Below, one piece after another: positions 1 through 8,656 of a stretch of DNA of 64,000 bases. The notes beneath the pieces were generated by a model. That model made no database searches, was not told where the DNA came from, and saw only the letters and a list, made by a program, of their open reading frames with translations. The translations under genes and the position numbers were made by a program. The number at the start of each line of letters is the position of its first letter. Within the stretch, counting starts at the first letter, position 1. The stretch comes from an uncultured bacterium (GTDB taxonomy: Bacteria; Hydrothermota; Hydrothermia; B15-G9; WFZT01), in NCBI GenBank assembly GCA_964571845.1, contig CAZNDM010000087.1, positions 16,376-80,375 of the forward strand. Direction: 5' to 3'.

Positions 1-1408
1 TTTCAATCTCTGGCAATCCGGTGTTAAAACCAATTGAATGATCCACATCCCTGATTGTATCATCCGGAGTTTTGTCATACTGACGGAGAAGTATCCAGGA
101 GGAATCCGCAAGTAGCTCTGATGTACCCCTGTAAATTCTGTAACCTTCGAAATCTCTTAAATGAGGAGGAGTGGGATCCCTTGCAAATTCAGGGGAATTG
201 TCGAAGTAAAGTGTTACTTTTCTGTCACCCGGGATGGCAACGAGTCTTGGCGAGGGTGGAGGCGCTGGTAGAATGTAGTTTGCCTCAAACGCCCGCTGTG
301 CCCAGTTGGCATTCTGCTGAAGCTCAACTTCGTTCATCCCTCCAACAACGGCTATAACAAACCTCAAAGAATCTCCACGCCTTAATCTCTCTATGGGACC
401 AACGGATATTAAAAATGCGGGATCAACATATCCATTGGTCGCCACATATTCATCATCCACATCCGGATCCCTCTCACCGTTGCTCATCAATACATATCTC
501 TGGCTGTCGGGGACCTGGACACTGTAGTCCCAGTGCCACCAGTTGAATGAAACAACCATTGAGTCCAGATTAATTCTGTCCGAATCATCCATAAGGCCAA
601 GAATTTTGATCCCCACCATCCCCTGCGCCAGGTAGTCGTATCCATCATTCCTTTCATAAGCCATACGAAGAGAATCCAGGTAAAATAGCCTCTTGTGCTG
701 AAAAAATGGGGTCCTGCCGAAATCTTCACCCCAGAAATCCCTATTCCCTGTCACAAGCTCAGCATAGATTCCAAGATAAACCGAATCCAGGTCATATCTG
801 CCAATGTTTTTTATGGTGTAGTCAATGATAACAGCGTCATCTATGTATGAATAACTCCACGCCAGGCTCACCTGATTGACCTGGAGTCCCAGGGGATGAT
901 GATCGGGTACAATGGAAAAAGTATCGTAGTAAGTGGCATAAAAATCCTGCTCTGAAATCGCACTCAAATCGTAATAAGGTGAAGTTATCAGTGTGGATTT
1001 CTCAATGACAGAATCCTGCTCGTAAGGGGTAGGGAGAAATTCAAACCCCTGTGAAGAACCGGGAGTAACATTCAATGCATCTATAACACCAGTAGAGACA
1101 AACCTCGAATCACCGAGTTTTGCGCCCACCCAGAGACCAGCCCTGTATAGGTGCTCTGTCCTCGATCCCAGAGGATACTCACACGAAGGAAGAGGCTCAT
1201 GGGTCTGTGGATCATAAACCCTGAAGCCGTTACCGAGAATGCCGAAATTGGTAACTGTAAGGGCTATATTACCTATATTTGTATATTTGTATGGATCCGT
1301 GCGGGCAAAAACTATCAGTGGAAAAAAGAGTATAAATCCCCACAGCCTCCCGAAAGGAGACTTCCACCACCTTATCTTAAAGGTCCTTCGCCCAATCAAT
1401 ATTCTCAC
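1..1408 (-). CDS. Hypothetical secreted protein, partial. The N-terminus is in the window; the C-terminus runs off the window start.
   Basis: I translated the minus strand by hand from about 1408 down to nt 1 and found a continuous protein-like reading frame with no stop. The ORF track omits it because no stop lies inside the window. An in-frame TGA sits immediately upstream of a GTG at 1406-1408. The N-terminus (RRTFKIRWWK followed by a hydrophobic LWGFILFFPLIVFA) looks like a signal peptide. The plus-strand ORFs 55..357, 1151..1435 and 1239..1547 are antisense to it. Confidence 0.55.
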   Translation of the reverse strand, partial: MRILIGRRTFKIRWWKSPFGRLWGFILFFPLIVFARTDPYKYTNIGNIALTVTNFGILGNGFRVYDPQTHEPLPSCEYPLGSRTEHLYRAGLWVGAKLGDSRFVSTGVIDALNVTPGSSQGFEFLPTPYEQDSVIEKSTLITSPYYDLSAISEQDFYATYYDTFSIVPDHHPLGLQVNQVSLAWSYSYIDDAVIIDYTIKNIGRYDLDSVYLGIYAELVTGNRDFWGEDFGRTPFFQHKRLFYLDSLRMAYERNDGYDYLAQGMVGIKILGLMDDSDRINLDSMVVSFNWWHWDYSVQVPDSQRYVLMSNGERDPDVDDEYVATNGYVDPAFLISVGPIERLRRGDSLRFVIAVVGGMNEVELQQNANWAQRAFEANYILPAPPPSPRLVAIPGDRKVTLYFDNSPEFARDPTPPHLRDFEGYRIYRGTSELLADSSWILLRQYDKTPDDTIRDVDHSIGFNTGLPEIE

Positions 1409-1460
1409 TCAAGGTTGGTCTTTAAAAATTATTGATTTCACACACCGTATGGTCAATGAG

Positions 1461-2456
1461 CTACCCTCTCAGATGGTCGTAGCCCATATTGTCAACATAG
1501 ACCTCACTTCCGTCTTCTTTGATCAATCTAACCCCAACATGGGGTGAATGTGTAACTTCCCCGATTTCAGTTACATCGTAATTCATCCTTTTGAGCTTTT
1601 CATATTCCTCTTCACTCAGAGTAAAGGCAACCTCATACTCTTCCCCACTTCCCACAACGAGCTGGAAAAGCGGGGCACCAATCAATCTCGCAACATCCCT
1701 CAAATAGGGTTTAAAGGGGAGCTTTCTTTCGTAGATTACGATTTCTACCTGAGAACTTCTGGCTATTCTTGAAAGGTCCACTCCGAGTCCATCGGATATG
1801 TCAATTGATGCATTTATTTTCACATCGAGCAAAATTTTTTTCATAAAATCGATTCTGGGCCAGGGTTTGTAAAACTTCTCAAGGATCTCCTCAAGCTGGT
1901 CTGAGGGGATCTGCTTCTTTATCTCATGCCGGTTTATGATGTTCAGAGCGGTTCTGACCCTGCCGAGATCACCGGTAACCACGACCTTATCTCCGGGCTC
2001 TGCTCCACCACGGGTAATATTCCTCTCCCGCGGAATTTCTCCAATTACAGTGATAACGATCCCCACTCTTTCTGAGGCTGTTATATTCCCGCCTGAGGGA
2101 GATATGCAGAAGGCACTACTGAGCTCCTTAAAGCCATCGTAGATCCTGAAAACATTGTTTTCAGGGAACCTTTTCGGAATCTCGAGATTCACGAGAAATG
2201 TCAGGGGAGTTGCTCCAACTACCGCAAGGTCCGAAAGTGCACCTGCAAGAGCCCTGTGTCCCACCTGCTCGTAAGGGAGGATATCCGGATAAAAGTGCCT
2301 TCCTTCGATCGTAGCATCAACGCTTATGACCATATTCTGGGTTGGGATCTCTTTCATTATAACCGTATCGTCGCCGAACCCATTAACGATTCTTGGATGC
2401 GGCTTATAGTACTCGCGCAGTCTTTCTACCAGCTGGTCTTCTCGTATGTGTATCAT
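1461..2456 (-). CDS. thiL: Thiamine-monophosphate kinase
   Basis: 331 aa. AIR-synthase-related fold with the typical ThiL N-terminus (GDDTVIM...ISVDATIEGRHF). The ATG at 2454-2456 was verified and overlaps the stop of the upstream sigma gene as ATGA. Confidence 0.85.
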   Translation of the reverse strand: MIHIREDQLVERLREYYKPHPRIVNGFGDDTVIMKEIPTQNMVISVDATIEGRHFYPDILPYEQVGHRALAGALSDLAVVGATPLTFLVNLEIPKRFPENNVFRIYDGFKELSSAFCISPSGGNITASERVGIVITVIGEIPRERNITRGGAEPGDKVVVTGDLGRVRTALNIINRHEIKKQIPSDQLEEILEKFYKPWPRIDFMKKILLDVKINASIDISDGLGVDLSRIARSSQVEIVIYERKLPFKPYLRDVARLIGAPLFQLVVGSGEEYEVAFTLSEEEYEKLKRMNYDVTEIGEVTHSPHVGVRLIKEDGSEVYVDNMGYDHLRG

Positions 2457-3292
2457 ATCAGATTTTTCAGAAGCTCACCGTGCTTCTGTTTCAGGGTTTT
2501 GAGGGCACGCTCTTTGAGCTGCCTTACTCTTTCACGGGAAATGCCAAGCTGTTTCCCGATCTCTTCGAGTGTCTTGGGTCTTCCATCGTCAAGGCCGAAG
2601 TACATTTCCAGAATCATCTTATCTCTTGGTCTGAGATCCTGCATAGCCTCTTTGAGTCTCTCAACGAGCTCCACTTCCTCGTAAGCCTCTTCAGGTGACG
2701 GAAGTGCATCCTGGTTAACTATATCAACAAGGGTCTGCTTTTCATTGTCCGGGTATATCGGGGAGTCGAGTGACACCTCCGATGTGATCATGCTGTAAGA
2801 CTTTTTGACCTCTTCAGTAGGTATGCCAAGTTCTTCTGCGATCTCTTCAAAAGTTGGTTCAACGCCTTTCTCCTGCAGGAGATCGATCTGGGCTTCGCGG
2901 ATCTTCTTCATCTTGGCGCGCTGCTCACCGGATATCTTGATCAACCGGGACTGTTCATTGAGCGCTTTCATTATTGCCTGCCTTATCCACCAGATGGCAT
3001 AAGACAGGAACCTGACTTTTCTATTGGGGTCAAATCTTTTGAGGGCACGGAGCAGACCGAGGTTACCCTCGTTGATGAGATCCGCGAGGGGAACTCCGTA
3101 ACCCTGATAGTGTCTTGCAATACTGACAACGAATTTAAGATGTGAGTAAATGAGTTTTTCAATAGCCTCTTTGTCACCCTTCTGGGCACGAATAATAAGC
3201 TCCCTCTCCTCCTCTGGAGTGAGAGTGGGTGAATCGGCTATTTCTCTGAAGTATATTTCCAGCGATTTTTCGTCAATGTTATAAAGACTCAT
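2453..3292 (-). CDS. rpoD: RNA polymerase sigma-70 family factor, short RpoD-like. It has regions 2, 3 and 4 but no region 1.1, as in FCB-group primary sigma factors.
   Basis: 279 aa. Region 2 (FVVSIARHY...DLINEGNLGLLRALKRFD...YAIWWIRQAI) and region 4 (TLEEIGKQLGISRERVRQLKERALKTLK) are both recognisable. The ATG at 3290-3292 was verified. Confidence 0.8.
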   Translation of the reverse strand: MSLYNIDEKSLEIYFREIADSPTLTPEEERELIIRAQKGDKEAIEKLIYSHLKFVVSIARHYQGYGVPLADLINEGNLGLLRALKRFDPNRKVRFLSYAIWWIRQAIMKALNEQSRLIKISGEQRAKMKKIREAQIDLLQEKGVEPTFEEIAEELGIPTEEVKKSYSMITSEVSLDSPIYPDNEKQTLVDIVNQDALPSPEEAYEEVELVERLKEAMQDLRPRDKMILEMYFGLDDGRPKTLEEIGKQLGISRERVRQLKERALKTLKQKHGELLKNLI

Positions 3293-3578
3293 CTTTTTCG
3301 AATTCCTCCAGGGCTTTATCTATGTCAACTGTCATCTCAAGTACCATTTTGACCCCGGCGAGATTCAGCCCCTTCTCGTGGGTCAGGTACTTAATGAGCT
3401 TCAGTTTTTTAAGATCATTCAGAGAGTAAAGCCTCGTCTTCTTGTCCGTCCTCTTTGGCACAACGAGTCCCTTCTTCTCATACAGCCTCAAAGTTTGTAC
3501 ATGCAGACCGACCAGTCTTGCAGCGACGCTGATCACATAAACAGGCTCATTTGGCCCGATTTCCTTTATCATACTCAT
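3279..3578 (-). CDS. hspR: MerR-family transcriptional regulator, HspR-like (heat-shock repressor type)
   Basis: 99 aa. MerR helix-turn-helix [29 protein letters not shown]...RLYS..DL, plus the HspR-like GLNLAGV motif. The ATG at 3576-3578 is verified and has a purine-rich ribosome-binding site. The gene overlaps the sigma gene by 14 nt. Confidence 0.7.
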   Translation of the reverse strand: [99 protein letters not shown]

Positions 3579-3666
3579 CCCCCCTTCAGGTTTTTGTTGT
3601 GCTATTATTTATATAATCCCTGAGCGGGGGTTGTCAAGTTTTTTGATAAAGGAGAAGTAAACTAAT

Positions 3667-5502
3667 TTAAGCCCACTTTTCTATGAGCTCCTGATACTTC
3701 TCCCAGGGATACACATCCAGCGCCTTTATCCACTTTGATAATTTCTCAACTCTCGCCTTTGGATCATCCGGGATCTGTAACGGTCTGCCTCGACAGTCAA
3801 TGATCAGTCCGACAACTCCTCCCTCAACCTCCACTTCGTGAACCTTTCCTTTACCGGCACCTGCATCAAAATTCTTTGAAGGCTCAATTATCGCCTTTGC
3901 CTTCTCTCCTATGCCCAGCGGGACGCGCACAAGATCGCCAAAGTTAACTGTGAGCTTTTTCCTCTCTCCTCTTGGCATCTCAAGCTGAATTTTCACACAG
4001 GGTTTGCCCTCTTTATCCACACCCTTGGGTGCAATTGAGCTACCGAGTCTGATGAGACAGTCACGATCAAACACCTCTGTCGCCGCCTCCTCGTGTACGG
4101 TCGAGAGGACACCGAGATGCGGCATCATGAAAATAGAGTCAACAGTGAGCATGGTAACACCTTCGGGCTGGAAGGCATCGAGCATCATCAAAGCCGCCTG
4201 CTGACGGCGTGGAGCGTGGGACAATACCCCTCCAGAACCAATGATTAGTGCAAGTGTCATCATGTTTACCAGCGTCTCTCCAGTCATGGTCTGGGCAAAG
4301 GCATCACTTATTGTCCTCTGCTGCTGGACTCCTTTGAGTCCCACTGCCATTGCCTTGTGGTGCTGGAAAGCAAGTCTCAAAGCCTCTCTCGCAATTGCCT
4401 GCTCAATTATCAGCTCCTCCAGTGTCTGCGGGATCGTCGTGGGCCTGATCATCTTATTCCTTATCCTGTTCCTAAGGTCCGACTCCTCGATTTTAAATGG
4501 CACCCAACGCAGAATGTTTTTAATGCCCGCCTCCACCATGACGTTGGATATGGAGTAACTCATCCCCAGGTTGGCTGAAACTGTTCTGTTAAAGACCCCC
4601 TGAAAAACGGAGAATACATCTGTGGTTGCGCCGCCTATGTCAACGCCGAGAACCTCGATGTTGTTCTTGCGGGCAACCTTCTCAACGAGGAGCCCCACAG
4701 CTCCAGGTGTGGGCATTATTGGAACATCCGTCCAGCTCATGAGCTTCTTGTATCCAGGAGCATGCTGCATTACATGCTCCATAAAAAGTTCATGGATCTT
4801 ATCCCTTGCTGGACGGAGATTTTCTCTTTCAAGAACAGGTCTAATATTATCGACAATGTAAAGGGCAACTTTGTCTCCGAGAATCTTCTTTATATCCTCT
4901 CGTGCATCTTTGTTACCAGCATAAATGACAGGGAGCTTGTAGCCAACGCCAAATCTTGGTCTTGGCTCAGCTGCGGCAATCAGCTCGGCGAGCTCAATGA
5001 CATGCTTTTTCGTACCGCCATCAACACCACCGGCGAGGAGAATCATGTCGGGTCTCAGTCTTCTAATCAGTTCTACCCTCTCGTGTGGCATTCTGCCATC
5101 ATTGGAGGCAATAACTTCCATAACGATAGCGCCGGCGCCGAGAGCTGCCCTTGCCGCACTCTCAGCTGTCATGCTCTTCACCACACCAGCAACGAGCATC
5201 TGCAAGCCACCACCTGCTGAAGATGTGGAAACATAGGCATCCACACCTTCCTGCTCCTTCGCCGGCTTCAATATTTTCTCACCCTCAAGAATCTTTATCC
5301 CAGTGAGCTCCTCCACTTCCCTGAATGCATTCAGAACTCCGCGGGTAACATCCTCAAACGGCGCCTCCACCGTCGTCGGCGCCTCACCCCTCGCAATTAA
5401 CCTGTAACTCTCATCCTTCTTGCCAATTAAAATTGCCTTTGTCGTGGTACTACCACAGTCAGTTGCAATTACCCTCTTTAAAATCTCAATTTCAGCAGCC
5501 AT
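3667..5502 (-). CDS. ASKHA-superfamily ATPase, GlmL/MutL (PF13941)-like, related to EutA and DdrA B12-enzyme reactivases
   Basis: 611 aa. Two phosphate-binding motifs duplicated across the protein (DCGSTTTKAIL near the N-terminus and VDIGGATTDVFSV in the second half) plus LLAGGVDGG. The ATG at 5500-5502 is verified and has an AGGAGG ribosome-binding site. Confidence 0.5.
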   Translation of the reverse strand: MAAEIEILKRVIATDCGSTTTKAILIGKKDESYRLIARGEAPTTVEAPFEDVTRGVLNAFREVEELTGIKILEGEKILKPAKEQEGVDAYVSTSSAGGGLQMLVAGVVKSMTAESAARAALGAGAIVMEVIASNDGRMPHERVELIRRLRPDMILLAGGVDGGTKKHVIELAELIAAAEPRPRFGVGYKLPVIYAGNKDAREDIKKILGDKVALYIVDNIRPVLERENLRPARDKIHELFMEHVMQHAPGYKKLMSWTDVPIMPTPGAVGLLVEKVARKNNIEVLGVDIGGATTDVFSVFQGVFNRTVSANLGMSYSISNVMVEAGIKNILRWVPFKIEESDLRNRIRNKMIRPTTIPQTLEELIIEQAIAREALRLAFQHHKAMAVGLKGVQQQRTISDAFAQTMTGETLVNMMTLALIIGSGGVLSHAPRRQQAALMMLDAFQPEGVTMLTVDSIFMMPHLGVLSTVHEEAATEVFDRDCLIRLGSSIAPKGVDKEGKPCVKIQLEMPRGERKKLTVNFGDLVRVPLGIGEKAKAIIEPSKNFDAGAGKGKVHEVEVEGGVVGLIIDCRGRPLQIPDDPKARVEKLSKWIKALDVYPWEKYQELIEKWA

Positions 5503-5675
5503 ATTTTTCCTCCTATGCGGTTTATTTTAATGCTTTCCACACATTTCTTTCAAATTCTGGTATTACCTTAATTTCGCATTCCACCCTCACATTCCATGCT
5601 TTATCCTTCAAAAAGTCAAATCCCGGTTACCAGATTGCAATAAATCCACACCTGCCTTAGATTTTGTAAAAGGAG

Positions 5676-6116
5676 GTGGTCAAGATGAAGTGGGTAACCC
5701 GTGAACATGTACATGTTGACAGAGTAGCGTGTCCCTGGCTTATCAAAAGATTCATAGATCCTGATGCCGTGTTTGAATTCGTCCCCAGGGACACCGATCC
5801 GTCCACAATTAAGGACGGAATTCCGTTTGACATGAAAGGTGTGGAGCTCGGACACCATGGAGACAAATGCTCTTTCGATGCATTTATGGAAAAATATAAA
5901 CTCGATGACCCGGCTCTCAAAAAAATTCAGCAGATCGTCAGAGAAGCTGACACACATGTTGAAAACCCATCACCTCTCGCAATCGCACTCAAAATTCTTG
6001 CAAAAGGTTACAGAATGATCTCCAGAGACGACCACGAAACCCTTGAAAAAGAGTTCCCCTTATACGACGCACTCTACGCTTACTTCAAAGCTGAGATGGA
6101 AAACCAAGCTCCCTGA
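5676..6116 (+). CDS. ChrB C-terminal-like (chromate-resistance 'Chrome_Resist' domain) small protein
   Basis: 146 aa. The motif HVDRVACPWLIKRFIDPDAVFEFV resembles the conserved ChrB domain core. An AGGAGG ribosome-binding site lies 6 nt upstream of the ATG. Confidence 0.45.
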   Translation: MVKMKWVTREHVHVDRVACPWLIKRFIDPDAVFEFVPRDTDPSTIKDGIPFDMKGVELGHHGDKCSFDAFMEKYKLDDPALKKIQQIVREADTHVENPSPLAIALKILAKGYRMISRDDHETLEKEFPLYDALYAYFKAEMENQAP

Positions 6117-6816
6117 TCCACTCTGTCAGAATACGATTGACCTTTTTGAACTTTTCTATCATCACCATGTGTCCTGCACTGACGAAGTAGGCTTTTGCAG
6201 CCGGTACAAGTCCGATCGTTCTTTCAATCTCCTTTCTGTCCAGTAATCTGTCCTTTGTGCCGTATATGAATAACACGGGAATTTTCAGATTTCTCAGAAT
6301 AAAAGATACATCGGATCCTGCGGCTTTCAAATCCGCTTCAAGCGATTCCCTGTTGCGGCTCAAAATCTGATTTGCAGTCTTCAAGCATCGTTCTACATGA
6401 TCCGGGGAATAAAACATATTTGAACAGAATTTTTCAGGACTCTCAGGAGGGTTTAATTCTGGAAGCCTTGCCGTGGAAGACACGAGGACAACTCCCCGCG
6501 GTCTATACCCCATTTCCACGGTTTTCAACACAATGTGTCCACCAAGAGAATGACCCATTAAGACTTTATCTCCCGGAGAACTTTTCAAAAACTCCGCCAC
6601 GATCAATGCGTAATCCTCAATATTCGTGGACGGCTTTCCTCCACTTTTGCCGTGACCGGGTAAATCTGGAGCTATTGTGGTGAATGGTAGATGTTCAATT
6701 TGATAGTACCAGTTTAAGTGATTCCCTCCTGCACCGTGAACCATAATTACATCAGGACCAACCCTCCGCCTGAAGCTGTAATAAATTTCAACCCCACGGA
6801 CACGGATAAGGGGCAT
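6085..6816 (-). CDS. Alpha/beta-fold hydrolase
   Basis: 243 aa. HGAGGN oxyanion region and the GHSLGG nucleophile elbow. It converges on the ChrB-like gene with a 32-nt overlap. Confidence 0.7.
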   Translation of the reverse strand: MPLIRVRGVEIYYSFRRRVGPDVIMVHGAGGNHLNWYYQIEHLPFTTIAPDLPGHGKSGGKPSTNIEDYALIVAEFLKSSPGDKVLMGHSLGGHIVLKTVEMGYRPRGVVLVSSTARLPELNPPESPEKFCSNMFYSPDHVERCLKTANQILSRNRESLEADLKAAGSDVSFILRNLKIPVLFIYGTKDRLLDRKEIERTIGLVPAAKAYFVSAGHMVMIEKFKKVNRILTEWIRELGFPSQL

Positions 6817-7004
6817 TACTCCATCTCTTCTTCCAGTCGTTCAATCTCCTTTTTGATTTTGGAGATCTTTTTATCTATGCTCTCTTCTTTTAGATGGGTC
6901 TTCTCCATAAACTCTTCCCCTGTCCATGGGGTAACGAATAACGCAACGAGTCCCCCAAAGAGAATTCCCAGTATAAACCAGAAAATCCCTTCCTTAACTC
7001 TCAT
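6816..7004 (-). CDS. Small membrane protein with one transmembrane helix and a charged coiled-coil tail
   Basis: 62 aa. Hydrophobic helix FWFILGILFGGLVALFV followed by a K/E-rich tail. There is a 1-nt overlap with the stop of the upstream hydrolase gene. Confidence 0.4.
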   Translation of the reverse strand: MRVKEGIFWFILGILFGGLVALFVTPWTGEEFMEKTHLKEESIDKKISKIKKEIERLEEEME

Positions 7005-7016
7005 AGTTTCACTCCT

Positions 7017-7376
7017 TTAAAAAGCGTTTTCGATGTGATCTATTTTAACATCGTCCTTGTTAAATTTTACACCAATTGCGTCAAATCTCAAATCGTGATT
7101 CTGGAATTCAGGATGTGATTCCAAGTAATACTCAGCAGTTTTTATAAGTTTCTGAATCTTAAATGGGCCTATGGTCTCAACCGGGTCAATTCCAAGGGCA
7201 TCTGAAGAAAAGCTTCTTACTTCAACAAAAACGAGCATCCCTTTTCTTTCAGCGATTATGTCAATTTCCCCGCCCCGCCATCGGAAATTCCGCTCGACAA
7301 TCCTGTAGCCTTTCTTTTTCAAGTAACTGGCAGCGACCTCTTCTCCCTTCCTGCCTTTACCGCTTCTGGAAGTCAT
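7017..7376 (-). CDS. yraN: YraN-family (UPF0102) endonuclease
   Basis: YraN core: GEEVAASYLKKKGYRIVERNFR...GEIDIIAER...VFVEVR. The ATG at 7374-7376 is verified and overlaps the stop of the upstream gene as ATGA. The track ORF extends to 7529 in frame but has no support upstream of this ATG. Confidence 0.7.
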   Translation of the reverse strand: MTSRSGKGRKGEEVAASYLKKKGYRIVERNFRWRGGEIDIIAERKGMLVFVEVRSFSSDALGIDPVETIGPFKIQKLIKTAEYYLESHPEFQNHDLRFDAIGVKFNKDDVKIDHIENAF

Positions 7377-8656
7377 TGCCGGGGACTTGAAACATCCTCT
7401 TCGGGCACATACCTTCTCCAGTCCGGTACACCGGGCTCCTCTTTGTTGTTTGAATAGATCAGCTTGAAATCTCCATCGTTTCGCACATCGACGAAGATAA
7501 ACTTCCAGTTGTGTGAGTAGTAATACCACTCCTCCCTGTCCGGCTTTGGAATATCCATTGATATTCTTTTGATCTCGTCCGGCTCTCCGTACTTGATCAG
7601 GATCCTTCCACGATCAGTGTAACGGCCCTTTTTCTTACCTGTTGAAAATTTATTGTCCGCCTCTTTTACCCTGAGAATAAATTCCTCGAGGAATTCGTTT
7701 TCAGGAGTTTCAGGATCTGGATCCCTCTGACTCCAGAATTTTTTCAGAAACAGGATACGCGCCTTTTCGTCTTTTATTTTTTTAAACTGCAAAATCTCTT
7801 TTGGTGAAGCAATATAATCTATGAACGAAACATAGTCCATTAGCTCTGGAGAGACTTCCCTTTCCCCGAATGTGAAATAAAAGATCCGCTCCGCCCTCAG
7901 GTGACTTCCGTCACTTAACTTCACAAAATCGAGAACGAGTTTATACTCCCCTTCGTCCTTCAGGTCATCAAGAAGCATTGCGCCGATACCAACATACTTA
8001 CCATCAATTTTCAGAATCTCCGGTCTATTCCTGACCATAGGAGTCCCGTCCCGTGAATAGATCAAAGAATTTAATACCACTGTGGCACTATCCTGAACAT
8101 AAATCTCATAGGTGTATAGAAGGGTATCCTTTTCCGGGCTGTAAGTACGGACGGGATTGGGGATAAAACTCATCCCGTACTTGAAGAAATTCGGTATCGT
8201 ATCTTCACTGATACTCCAGAGGAGCTCAATATCTGAAACTCCGGGAATCCCCTCGTGGGTTATCACAAAAGTGGTATCAACACTGGAGGAAGTGCCGGCG
8301 TTGAGATCACTGACTCCAAATCTGAGGTGATATTTTCCCGGTGCAAGCAAAAGGGTTATCTGATCAACCAGATAATTGCTGGATTTGACGACCTGTTTCC
8401 ATTTTCTTTTCAAAGGCTTTTTACCGGGAGATTCCAGCTCGAAAGAGTATTCAATCGCCTTTTTTCCGGTTGAATCTGCCTCAAAACTTCTGAGCTCAAC
8501 GAGGTAATAGAACTCGGCTCTCTTCACACTGTCCACCTCGTTGAAAACAGAGTAGTCCAGATAGAATCTGGGAACACCAGCAGGGGTAAGTACAGCCTGA
8601 GAATGCGGAAAACTAATTAATCCTGTCAAAAAGATCAGCTGGATAATAAAGCTCAT
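7373..8656 (-). CDS. GWxTD-like domain secreted protein, paralog 1
   Basis: Signal peptide MSFIIQLIFLTGLISFPHSQA. The ATG at 8654-8656 is verified; the track start at 8674 is a GTG. The C-terminal domain carries W..RDPDPETPENEF and GRYTDRGRILIKYGEPDEI (a GWxTD-type motif with the conserved TDRG and PDE). Residues match the paralog encoded immediately upstream. Confidence 0.6.
   Translation of the reverse strand: MSFIIQLIFLTGLISFPHSQAVLTPAGVPRFYLDYSVFNEVDSVKRAEFYYLVELRSFEADSTGKKAIEYSFELESPGKKPLKRKWKQVVKSSNYLVDQITLLLAPGKYHLRFGVSDLNAGTSSSVDTTFVITHEGIPGVSDIELLWSISEDTIPNFFKYGMSFIPNPVRTYSPEKDTLLYTYEIYVQDSATVVLNSLIYSRDGTPMVRNRPEILKIDGKYVGIGAMLLDDLKDEGEYKLVLDFVKLSDGSHLRAERIFYFTFGEREVSPELMDYVSFIDYIASPKEILQFKKIKDEKARILFLKKFWSQRDPDPETPENEFLEEFILRVKEADNKFSTGKKKGRYTDRGRILIKYGEPDEIKRISMDIPKPDREEWYYYSHNWKFIFVDVRNDGDFKLIYSNNKEEPGVPDWRRYVPEEDVSSPRQ

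Noticed and set aside
55-1547. Plus-strand ORFs 55..357, 1151..1435 and 1239..1547, and minus-strand ORF 487..729
   Set aside because: They lie antisense to, or in another frame of, the long uninterrupted minus-strand secreted-protein frame (1..1408). They have no ribosome-binding sites and odd composition.
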